This document shows, piece by piece, positions 9,072 to 16,997 of a DNA stretch of 64,000 nucleotides. Position numbers and translations under genes: made by a program. Below the pieces are notes generated by a model. The model did no database searches, was not told the DNA's origin, and worked only from the letters and a program-made list of their open reading frames with translations. This stretch comes from an uncultured Candidatus Saccharibacteria bacterium. GTDB taxonomy: Bacteria; Patescibacteriota; Minisyncoccia; Phycocordibacterales; UBA2100. Position 1 is the first letter of the stretch; each line of letters opens with the position of its first letter. The stretch is taken from assembly GCA_964399865.1 (NCBI GenBank), contig CAYNRJ010000001.1, positions 67,727-131,726 on the forward strand. Direction: 5' to 3'.

Positions 9072-9692
9072 CTACTCTTCAAATTTCGCTTCTCCGGGAA
9101 GTACACCAATGCGATCAAAAGGGAATAAACGAAGGAATGCGCGGCCAACAATGTTCTCTCGAGGGAGTGGTCCCCAAATGCGGGAGTCAGAAGATACGTG
9201 ACGATTGTCTCCCATCACGAAATATTCGTCTGCACCAAGCGTAATTTGCATATCATTTCTGCCGCCAAGGTTTGTCGGGTCAAGATACGGCTCATCGAGT
9301 AGGAATCCATCGGGATTTGCGGCGTTTTCTATAGTAATTCCCTCAGGAGTGATGATTACTTTCTCATTTGGGAGGCCAATGACGCGCTTTATGAGTGATT
9401 TACTCGGTGTTCCTGGCAATCCAAACACAATAACGTCTCCTCTTGAGGGGTTTTCAAGCGTGTAGGTGATGCGATCGACGACGAGGTAGTTACCGTCGTG
9501 GAATGTTGGGTCCATAGATGCTCCGTCGACGAGATATGGCGCTGCAACGAAGAATCGAATGATGAGTGCGAAGCCAAGTGCGAGGATAAAATAGAAAAAG
9601 AGGGAGCGAGAAGACGTTTTTGGAGTCGGCGCAGGAGAAATTGTATCCAGTGATAAATCTTTTTCGATCACAGGAACATTCATGCGCGGCAT
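9072..9692 (-). CDS. lepB: signal peptidase I
   Basis: N-terminal TM anchor; boxes B (GASMDPTF) and E (GDNRHVSSDSRIWG) of SPase I. Confidence 0.85.
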   Translation of the reverse strand: MPRMNVPVIEKDLSLDTISPAPTPKTSSRSLFFYFILALGFALIIRFFVAAPYLVDGASMDPTFHDGNYLVVDRITYTLENPSRGDVIVFGLPGTPSKSLIKRVIGLPNEKVIITPEGITIENAANPDGFLLDEPYLDPTNLGGRNDMQITLGADEYFVMGDNRHVSSDSRIWGPLPRENIVGRAFLRLFPFDRIGVLPGEAKFEE

Positions 9693-9920
9693 TGTACTAC
9701 TTTTATGGCGTTGACACCAAGTTGTTGTAGTGTTGCTCCGCTCGAAGCGCTATATATTTTTCGTACACGAATATTTTTCTGCTGAAAAATTCCTCGAGTT
9801 CGCGCCGTCGCGCTCACTGGGTACTCAAAACATATAGCGCTCCTCACTACGCGTGTTTTTTTTCGTGTCGTACCTTAAGAGTACCTGGCTTTTCTCGTTT
9901 TTCTGCTAGAATGCCGCCAT

Positions 9921-10511
9921 ATGACATGGGTAATCGTTGGCCTAGGCAATCCAGGAGAGAAATACGAGGCATCTAGGCATAATGCTGGCCGTATCGCAGT
10001 ACAATTTTTTGCAAAAGTTTCTAAGTTGAAGGATTGGACTGAGCACAAGACGTCAAATTCGCTTACAGCGGCTGGAATGGTGGGGAAAGTGGCTGTTGCG
10101 GCGATTTTGCCCAACACATTTATGAATAAATCCGGTTCTGCAGTGGTGAAGTTCGTAAAATCTGCAAAGGCGGCTGAACATTTGGTCGTTGTTTACGATG
10201 ATCTCGATCTTCCGCTTGGAAAATTTAAGATTTCCTTCGATCGAGGGAGCGGTGGTCATAAAGGACTCGAATCAATCATGCGTGCCGTGAAGACAAAGAA
10301 GTTTGTGCGGGTACGAATTGGTGTTTCTCCGGAGACCGCGGGAGGTTCTCTTAGAAAACCTGATGGCGAGAAGGCTGTTCTCGATTTTATTTTGACGAAA
10401 TTCAAGCCTAGTGAGGTGGATACGCTCAAAAAAGTATTCAAACAAGTAGCAGAAGTATTAAGCGTGATCGTGCTGGAAGGAAGAGAAATTGCGATGAATA
10501 GGTTTAATTGA
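9921..10511 (+). CDS. pth: peptidyl-tRNA hydrolase
   Basis: VGLGNPGEKYEASRHNAG N-terminal signature; 196 aa. An extended -10 (TGCTAGAAT) sits 6 nt upstream of the ATG, suggesting a leaderless mRNA. Confidence 0.9.
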   Translation: MTWVIVGLGNPGEKYEASRHNAGRIAVQFFAKVSKLKDWTEHKTSNSLTAAGMVGKVAVAAILPNTFMNKSGSAVVKFVKSAKAAEHLVVVYDDLDLPLGKFKISFDRGSGGHKGLESIMRAVKTKKFVRVRIGVSPETAGGSLRKPDGEKAVLDFILTKFKPSEVDTLKKVFKQVAEVLSVIVLEGREIAMNRFN

Positions 10512-10633
10512 GGTCGTTCGCGGGTGTTGTGTTGTTCGGGTCGCTGTCTGCCGCTGCTGCGGCAGCGCTCACTCTCGGCCCGACGGCCTGCGAGAGACCC
10601 TCACAACACAACACCCTCTCACTAAGGAGAGGG
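10512..10633 (+). repeat. GC-rich structured repeat element, copy 2 (candidate ncRNA)
   Basis: Starts immediately after the pth stop. Perfect 14-bp outer stem GGGTGTTGTGTTGT / ACAACACAACACCC. Inner hairpins CTGCCGC-TGCT-GCGGCAG and GGCC-CGAC-GGCC. 3' hairpin CCCTCTC-ACTAAG-GAGAGGG. Confidence 0.65.
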
Positions 10634-10661
10634 TGTGTGGAGGAGTGTGAAGAAACGGAGG

Positions 10662-11783
10662 TTAGTTCACCGGCTTCAATGTCATTCGACGATCTTTTGG
10701 CTCGAAGAATGTAATTGTGAACGGATATACTTTGCCGAGCTCGAGTTTTGCACGGAGTTCCTGTTCGTTTGCAAACTCTGACACGTGTACAAGACCTGCG
10801 ACACCTTCTTCTATTGATGCGAGAGCACCATGCTTGTTGTACTTGATGATGACAGCGTCCACTTTCTGGTCTTTCTTGTATTTTCCAGCAGCTGTTGTCC
10901 ATGGGTCCTCAACAAGAGCTTTGATCGATAGAGATACTTTGCCATCTTTAATTTCGATGACCTTAACCTTTATCTTTTCGCCGGTCTTGTAGCGAGTCTT
11001 AGGATTTTCAACGAGTGCCCAGTCCATTTCAGAGATGTGTACCAAGCCTTCTAGACCTTCTTCAATCTTCACGAAGATGCCGAACTCAGTTGCGCCTGTC
11101 ACAACGCCATCGAGGGCGTCGCCAACATGGTATTTCTCAACGAGAGATGCGCGCTCGGAAGGAGCAGCACCCTTTTCAGAGAATATGAGCTTATTTTCTT
11201 TAGGGCTTGCGGTGATAACCATGACTTCGATCTTTGTGCCGACGAGTTTCTTGAGTTCACCGAAGATCTTTTCCTTGTCCCCATCCGGTACGCGTGGGTA
11301 ATGGGCAGCTGCGAGTTGAGAAGCTGGCAAAAAGCCCTGGAGTCCGTTCCAACTGATGATAAGACCGCCCTTGTTTGCTTCCGTAATAGGGAGTTCGAAG
11401 ACTGTCTTCTTTTGCATAGCGACTTCAGCCTCGTTCCAGATGAGTGCCTGACGAGCTTCGCGGAGCGAGAGCTCAATGTATCCGTCCTCATTATCGGAGC
11501 CTACGACTTTCGCCGTAATGGTGTCGCCAATGTTGACGTTCTTAAGTGCTTCACGAGCCGATAGGTATTCGCGGCCGTAAATAATGCCTGTACCGTATGG
11601 ATTGAGATCGACGAAAACCCGAGCACGCCCAACGGCGATGACCGGACCTTCTACGACATCATCTATAACAGGCGGTTTGCCGCTTGTGCGGAGAATTTCC
11701 GCCATTGGCCCCGTCTTTTCTGCTACCACCTCAGTATCGTTATCATCACTAACAACTACCTTCTTAGCCTCTTTTTCTACCAT
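10662..11783 (-). CDS. rpsA: 30S ribosomal protein S1-like (four S1 RNA-binding domains)
   Basis: Repeated S1-domain motifs (G.V.G.V..I...G.FV); 373 aa, short form. Confidence 0.8.
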   Translation of the reverse strand: MVEKEAKKVVVSDDNDTEVVAEKTGPMAEILRTSGKPPVIDDVVEGPVIAVGRARVFVDLNPYGTGIIYGREYLSAREALKNVNIGDTITAKVVGSDNEDGYIELSLREARQALIWNEAEVAMQKKTVFELPITEANKGGLIISWNGLQGFLPASQLAAAHYPRVPDGDKEKIFGELKKLVGTKIEVMVITASPKENKLIFSEKGAAPSERASLVEKYHVGDALDGVVTGATEFGIFVKIEEGLEGLVHISEMDWALVENPKTRYKTGEKIKVKVIEIKDGKVSLSIKALVEDPWTTAAGKYKKDQKVDAVIIKYNKHGALASIEEGVAGLVHVSEFANEQELRAKLELGKVYPFTITFFEPKDRRMTLKPVN

Positions 11784-12284
11784 TGTAATAATTCGTCCGG
11801 GCTATCCTGCTTGCTCTACCGTATCAGTCTGCAGGGAAGCGTTAACCGAACAACTAACTAATAAATAAGCCCCTTACGGGGACGCTCAATATATATGAAG
11901 TCTGGCTTTTATACAAGCCATTAAATGAGTGGGGGCGCTGCTTCGAAAAGCGCGCCCCCTTCGGTCCAACTCCATAGGACCGATGATCCGCTATTAAAAG
12001 CGGTTACGAGCTTATGTACAAAGATCACTTTACGAGTCCTTAAGAAGACTTCGAGGATCATCTTCTCAAAGGATGTTCCGTACCTACCTCCATCAGCTTA
12101 GGGTTTCGAGTTATTCATCGCCCTCAGCGATGTGGACGATCATCTCGTCCTCCCAACTTGCGTTGATAGGGACTCTCCTCGCACATGACAAGAGAGCCAC
12201 TCTCCCCGGTATTGCACCAGAACGTGCTCACGGGTCACCGCAACGCTACTCCTGTCGAACTAAGGCGTCAATGTATACATGTGA

Positions 12285-12932
12285 ATGAAGATTTTAGGTT
12301 ATACTACCGGCATGATTCTGACGTACCACACCGGAGGATGTATTCGTGCACAGGCAGGGGACACTACACTTGTCTTTGGTCCTATTTCAAAACAGTCAAA
12401 GGACTTTAAGTCGACAAACTTTGGAGTCGACGTTGCATTCATCCCGCTCAATCATCCTGATATGAACGGTGTTGAAGAAGCAGGGCGAGGAGAGAAACAG
12501 CCGTTCGTTATTTCTGGTCCTGGTGAATACGAATTGAAAGACATCACTGCTTCTGGATTTCCTTCTGGCTCAACATGGGGAAATGAGCCCCGCACGAATA
12601 CTATTTACTCAGTCCTTTTCGACGGGCTTAGTGTTTTGTATTTGGGAGCTCTCGGAGATCTAGATCTTCCAAAAGAAGTTTTGGAAATGGATTCTCCGGA
12701 CATTTTGATACTCCCAATTGGGGGGAATGGCGCACTCGCTCCTGCGGAAGCGCAGAAACTCGCGGTGAAGCTCGAGGCGAAAATTGTAATTCCAATTTTG
12801 TACGATGATAAAAGTCTCAAACAGTTCTTGAAAGAATCTGGTGATGATGGAGTAAAACCGGTCGAGAAACTTACGCTGAAGCCGAAGGATGTCGTAGGTA
12901 AGGAAACCGAAGTTGTGGCTCTTAGTTCGTAA
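12285..12932 (+). CDS. hypothetical protein, possibly a degenerate metallo-beta-lactamase-fold hydrolase
   Basis: Overall layout resembles small MBL-fold proteins, but the HxHxDH motif is not evident. Confidence 0.35.
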   Translation: MKILGYTTGMILTYHTGGCIRAQAGDTTLVFGPISKQSKDFKSTNFGVDVAFIPLNHPDMNGVEEAGRGEKQPFVISGPGEYELKDITASGFPSGSTWGNEPRTNTIYSVLFDGLSVLYLGALGDLDLPKEVLEMDSPDILILPIGGNGALAPAEAQKLAVKLEAKIVIPILYDDKSLKQFLKESGDDGVKPVEKLTLKPKDVVGKETEVVALSS

Positions 12933-12934
12933 CT

Positions 12935-13168
12935 ATGGTCCTTGAAAATACTGTTAACAATTTGCGTGAGCGTCCTCGCGATCAGCGGAAAAAAATAGCC
13001 GCGATCGCAGCTCTTGCGGTGATTGTTATACTGTTCCTCGGTTGGGCGATACTTTTCTTCAAGAAGATCCAAAATACTGAGCCGATTCAACTTGACGCTG
13101 TACGAGAGGATTTTGAAGAGAGTTTTCCAGGTACTGAAACGGGCGCGAGTGGAGAAGTCACACAATAA
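12935..13168 (+). CDS. small membrane protein
   Basis: 77 aa with one TM helix (IAAIAALAVIVILFLGWAILFF); tightly packed between neighbouring genes. Confidence 0.4.
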   Translation: MVLENTVNNLRERPRDQRKKIAAIAALAVIVILFLGWAILFFKKIQNTEPIQLDAVREDFEESFPGTETGASGEVTQ

Positions 13169-13170
13169 TC

Positions 13171-14628
13171 ATGGCAGAAAGCGATATACGTGCAGAACGA
13201 TTAAAAAAACTTGAGATCCTCAAGGCGGCAGGAATGGAAGCGTATCCAGCTCGCACTGCACGAGACACTTCTTGTGTAGACTTCATAGCTAATTTTGAAA
13301 AAAACGAAGCAGGCGGAAAGGTGAGCGTTCTTGCTGGGCGCCTCATGTCACTCCGTGGACAAGGTGGGATTATTTTCGGAGATATTTTTGATGGCACCGG
13401 TCGTACGCAGGTTGTTTTACAGGAGGCTGACATGGACAAAGCATCTTTTGAGCTTTTTACTGCCGCAGTCGACTCAGGGGACTTCATTGAAGTGAAGGGG
13501 TTGGCATTCAAAACAAAGCGCGGTCAGCAGTCCCTCAAAGTTGCTTCGTGGAAAATGCTTTCCAAATCGCTCCTTCCTATCCCTGACGAATGGTTTGGGC
13601 TTAAGGACGAGGAAAAGCGATTACGAGAGCGCGAAATAGACATTCTGACTAACCCTGAGCTTCGCGCGATGTTCGAGCGTCGCTCAAAATTCTGGCAAGC
13701 AGCTCGAGATTTTTATCTGAAGGAAGGATTTACAGAAGTAGATACTCCAGTTCTCGAGACCACGCCGGGAGGCGCCGATGCGCGTCCATTCGTTACGCAT
13801 CACAACGCGCTTGATATTGAAGTCTTCTTACGAATTTCGTGCGGCGAGTTATGGCAAAAGAGACTTCTCATAGCCGGATTTCCAAAAGTGTTTGAGATCG
13901 GAAGGATTTTCAGGAACGAAGGTCAGTCACGCGAACATTTGCAGGATTACACACAGCTCGAGTCATACGAGGCGTTCGGTGATATGAAAAGCGGTATGAA
14001 GTTCGTGCAGGAACTGTATCGCCACATCGCAAAAGAGACGTACGGAAAATATACGTTCAAGATCGGAGATCATGAGGTAGATCTTGCCGATGAATGGAAG
14101 GTCATAGACTTCTCCGCATCACTCAAAGAAAAATTTGGGATTGATCCGATTTTGTCGACGGAAAAGGAAATTATTCAAGCCGTGCGAGATGCAAAGATTC
14201 AATATGGCGAGGCGCTCAATAGATCACGAGCAGTCGACCATCTCTGGAAGAGTATTAGAAAGTCTATTACGGGCCCAGCATTCCTCACAGGCGTTCCTGT
14301 ATTTCTGGAACCGCTCGCAAAACGCTCAGATGAAAATCCAAATATCGTAGAACGAATCCAGATTCTTATCGCCGGGTCAGAGGTAGGGAAAGGCTACAGT
14401 GAGCTGAATGATCCACAGGATCAACGCGCTCGATTTGAGGAGCAACAGAAATTACGTGAGGCGGGCGATCCAGAGGCTCAAAGATTGGATCTTGAATATG
14501 TCCGCGCGATGGAATATGGAATGCCGCCAGCTTTTGGGTTTGGTGTGTCCGAGCGATTCTTCGCGTTTCTCGAGAATAAACCTGCGCACGAGGCGCAATT
14601 CTTCCCACTCCTGCGCCCTAAACAATGA
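13171..14628 (+). CDS. lysS: lysyl-tRNA synthetase (class II)
   Basis: N-terminal OB-fold region, class II motifs (FRNEG, GxGxDR-like C-terminus); 485 aa. Confidence 0.9.
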   Translation: MAESDIRAERLKKLEILKAAGMEAYPARTARDTSCVDFIANFEKNEAGGKVSVLAGRLMSLRGQGGIIFGDIFDGTGRTQVVLQEADMDKASFELFTAAVDSGDFIEVKGLAFKTKRGQQSLKVASWKMLSKSLLPIPDEWFGLKDEEKRLREREIDILTNPELRAMFERRSKFWQAARDFYLKEGFTEVDTPVLETTPGGADARPFVTHHNALDIEVFLRISCGELWQKRLLIAGFPKVFEIGRIFRNEGQSREHLQDYTQLESYEAFGDMKSGMKFVQELYRHIAKETYGKYTFKIGDHEVDLADEWKVIDFSASLKEKFGIDPILSTEKEIIQAVRDAKIQYGEALNRSRAVDHLWKSIRKSITGPAFLTGVPVFLEPLAKRSDENPNIVERIQILIAGSEVGKGYSELNDPQDQRARFEEQQKLREAGDPEAQRLDLEYVRAMEYGMPPAFGFGVSERFFAFLENKPAHEAQFFPLLRPKQ

Positions 14629-15167
14629 AAACTACGGTTTTCGGAGGAGGATGTTTTTGGTGCACAGAGGCGGTATTCCAGATGCTTAAGGGTGTCTCAA
14701 AGGTTGAATCAGGGTATGCGGGCGGAACTATTGAAAATCCTTCTTACGAACGAGTGAGCGAAGGCGACACAGGGCACGCTGAGGTTATTCGTGTTACCTA
14801 CGATCCTGAAATCATCTCCTACGAGGACCTCTTAACTGTTTTCTTTGGTTCCCACGATCCGACCACTCCTAATAAACAGGGTAATGATATCGGTGAGCAA
14901 TATCGCTCTGTGATCTTCTATGACTCAGAAGAAGAAAAGAGTGTGGCGGAGAGAATAATTAAGGAAGTGGACGAATCGCTTCACGACGGTACACGGGTCG
15001 TGACGCAAGTTCTTCCTCTCGGAAAATTCTTTCCGGCAGAGGGATATCATCAGAATTATTTCAAACAAAATAAAAGTGCTCCGTACTGTCAATTAATTAT
15101 CGAGCCGAAGGTGGAGAAAGTACGGAAGAGGTTTGCCGAACTCGTAAATCAAAATGCCGAAGGATGA
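14625..15167 (+). CDS. msrA: peptide methionine sulfoxide reductase MsrA
   Basis: GGGCFWCTEAVF active-site motif; overlaps the lysS stop by 4 nt. Confidence 0.9.
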   Translation: MKTTVFGGGCFWCTEAVFQMLKGVSKVESGYAGGTIENPSYERVSEGDTGHAEVIRVTYDPEIISYEDLLTVFFGSHDPTTPNKQGNDIGEQYRSVIFYDSEEEKSVAERIIKEVDESLHDGTRVVTQVLPLGKFFPAEGYHQNYFKQNKSAPYCQLIIEPKVEKVRKRFAELVNQNAEG

Positions 15168-15555
15168 ATTTGAAAAACTCGTGGCCAAAGGTTTTGAAAA
15201 GCTTCCCGAATGGGTGCGAGAAAAAATTAAGAACGTCGCTCTATTAATAGATGACGAGCCGTCGGAGGAAGATCGTGAGCGAGAGGGGCTCGCTGATGAT
15301 GAAAGTCTGCTCGGGCTCTACAAGGGAATACCGTTATCTGAACGAGGCGAGCAGTACGGTGTTGGAGTAACGATGCCGGATACTATTACTCTATACCAGC
15401 TACCTATTGAAGAGGCAGCTCTTGAGGATGGTATTGAGGTTCAGCAAGTAGTGGCGGACACCATTTGGCACGAGTTTGCACACCATTTTGGGATGGATGA
15501 ACACGAGGTGCGCCAGAGAGAAATTTCGCGCAGTATTGATGAGAAAGCGAAATAA
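15154..15555 (+). CDS. small HExxH metallopeptidase-family protein
   Basis: WHEFAHHFG zinc-binding motif; ~130 aa with an acidic N-terminal half. Confidence 0.55.
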   Translation: MPKDEFEKLVAKGFEKLPEWVREKIKNVALLIDDEPSEEDREREGLADDESLLGLYKGIPLSERGEQYGVGVTMPDTITLYQLPIEEAALEDGIEVQQVVADTIWHEFAHHFGMDEHEVRQREISRSIDEKAK

Positions 15556-15574
15556 GTTTATTATCGCGGTCGCG

Positions 15575-15718
15575 TAGTACGGCCGCGCGGAACCGTCTCT
15601 CCACTTGAGGTGGCCTCTCGTGTCTCATCCCGCCCCGAGCACGAAAGACGTCTCAAATGACTGGCGGCTGGTCGTACCGGCTGCCCTCGGATCTCGAGGG
15701 CAGCCGTATTTTTTTATG
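15575..15718 (+). promoter_or_regulatory. tyrS leader: candidate T-box-like / termination-control element
   Basis: GC-rich structured 5' leader. Contains UAC (GUAGUACGG) in a predicted loop. Segment GGUCGUACCGG resembles the T-box core GGUGGUACCGCG and abuts the 5' arm of a strong terminator only 17 nt before the tyrS ATG. Confidence 0.35.
15679..15715 (+). terminator. intrinsic terminator in the tyrS leader
   Basis: 11-bp stem GGCTGCCCTCG / CGAGGGCAGCC with loop GATCT, followed by GTATTTTTTT. Confidence 0.65.
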
Positions 15719-15731
15719 ATATATTTCCGCC

Positions 15732-16985
15732 ATGGTGAAGCTCTCAGAAATCCTCCACGAACGTGGGTATGTCGGTCAGTTTTCTTCCGGAAAATTGGAG
15801 GAAATTACAGACGGACCGAAGCGTACCCTCTACCTCGGTATCGATCCCTCTGCCGACTCGCTTCAGGTGGGGCAGTTACAGGCATTTCTCGTCCTCAGGC
15901 GCTTTCTGGAAGACGGTCACAAAATAATTCTTCTTATTGGTGGGGGCACGGGAATGATTGGCGATCCGGGTGGTAAGAATGCTGAGCGGCCCCTTCTCGA
16001 CGAGAAAACTGTTCGATCGAATGCAAAGGCAATCGCGTCGCAGGCGAAAGTTCTATTTGGCTCGGGGGATTTCACTCTCGTTGATAATGCAGACTGGCTC
16101 GCGAAATTAAATCTCATCGAATTTCTCCGTGATACAGGCAAGCATTTCTCCGTGAATGCGATGATTCAGCGTGAATTTATAAAGGAACGTCTCACGAACG
16201 TAGACGAAGGTATTTCATACACGGAATTTTCATATGCGCTTCTTCAAGCATATGACTTTTTCCACCTTCATAATGAATACAAGGCGGACGTGCAGGTAGG
16301 CGGCTCTGATCAATGGGGAAACATCATTTCGGGCGTTGATTTCATTCGTCGCAAGAATGGTGACACAGTATACGCGCTTACGTGGCCGCTCCTTATCAAT
16401 AAAGCGACGGGAAAGAAATTCGGGAAAAGTGAGGCGGGCACCGTGTGGCTCGACCCAGCAAAGACGACGCCATTCCAGTTCTACCAATTCTGGCTCAATG
16501 TTGAAGATGAAAACATTGAAGAGTACCTCCTTAAGATGACCACGTTATCAAAAGAGGAGATCGACGCTGCGCTTACTGAGCACAAGCAAAATCCTGGAGC
16601 GCGCTCGGGGCAGCTTCTCCTTGCTCATAAAGTCACTTCTCTTGTACACGGTGAAAAAGAAGCAATGAAAGCGGAGAAGGTGTCTGCTGTTCTCTTCGGA
16701 CAAGGAGGTCTTACTCCTCTTTCTTCCGATGAAGTTAAAACACTTCTTTCAAGTGCTCCATCACATGAAATCAAAGCAGGAGATACGCTATTAGATGTAC
16801 TAGTTGGAGCAAAGCTCGCTACGTCGAAAAGAGAGGCAAGACAATTCTTGGAAGAGAAGGCGGTTAATCTAAATGGAGAAATTGTCACTGATGAGAAACG
16901 AATTTTATCTGAAGCAGATTTCCAAAGCGGCCTTGCGCTACTGAAACGGGGTAAACGGAATGTGTGCGTACTCGTACTTTCTTGA
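15732..16985 (+). CDS. tyrS: tyrosyl-tRNA synthetase
   Basis: Class I Rossmann core with KFGKS (KMSKS-type) motif and C-terminal S4-like domain; 417 aa. Confidence 0.9.
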   Translation: MVKLSEILHERGYVGQFSSGKLEEITDGPKRTLYLGIDPSADSLQVGQLQAFLVLRRFLEDGHKIILLIGGGTGMIGDPGGKNAERPLLDEKTVRSNAKAIASQAKVLFGSGDFTLVDNADWLAKLNLIEFLRDTGKHFSVNAMIQREFIKERLTNVDEGISYTEFSYALLQAYDFFHLHNEYKADVQVGGSDQWGNIISGVDFIRRKNGDTVYALTWPLLINKATGKKFGKSEAGTVWLDPAKTTPFQFYQFWLNVEDENIEEYLLKMTTLSKEEIDAALTEHKQNPGARSGQLLLAHKVTSLVHGEKEAMKAEKVSAVLFGQGGLTPLSSDEVKTLLSSAPSHEIKAGDTLLDVLVGAKLATSKREARQFLEEKAVNLNGEIVTDEKRILSEADFQSGLALLKRGKRNVCVLVLS

Positions 16986-16997
16986 TACAGTATTCCG

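Noticed and set aside
10508-10714. 68-aa ORF MRSFAGVVLFGS... spanning structured repeat copy 2
   Set aside because: Not similar to the ORF overlapping copy 1, so the repeat is not protein-coding. The composition reflects the GC-rich hairpins.
11784-12284. Searched this long spacer by eye for RNase P RNA (GGAAAGUCCGG / ACAGAACCCGGCUUA), tmRNA (tRNA-like GGUUCGAnUCC plus CCA end) and SRP RNA (GGAAGCAGCC) signatures
   Set aside because: None of the conserved motifs is present. Only generic GC hairpins were found, so no RNA gene is called here.
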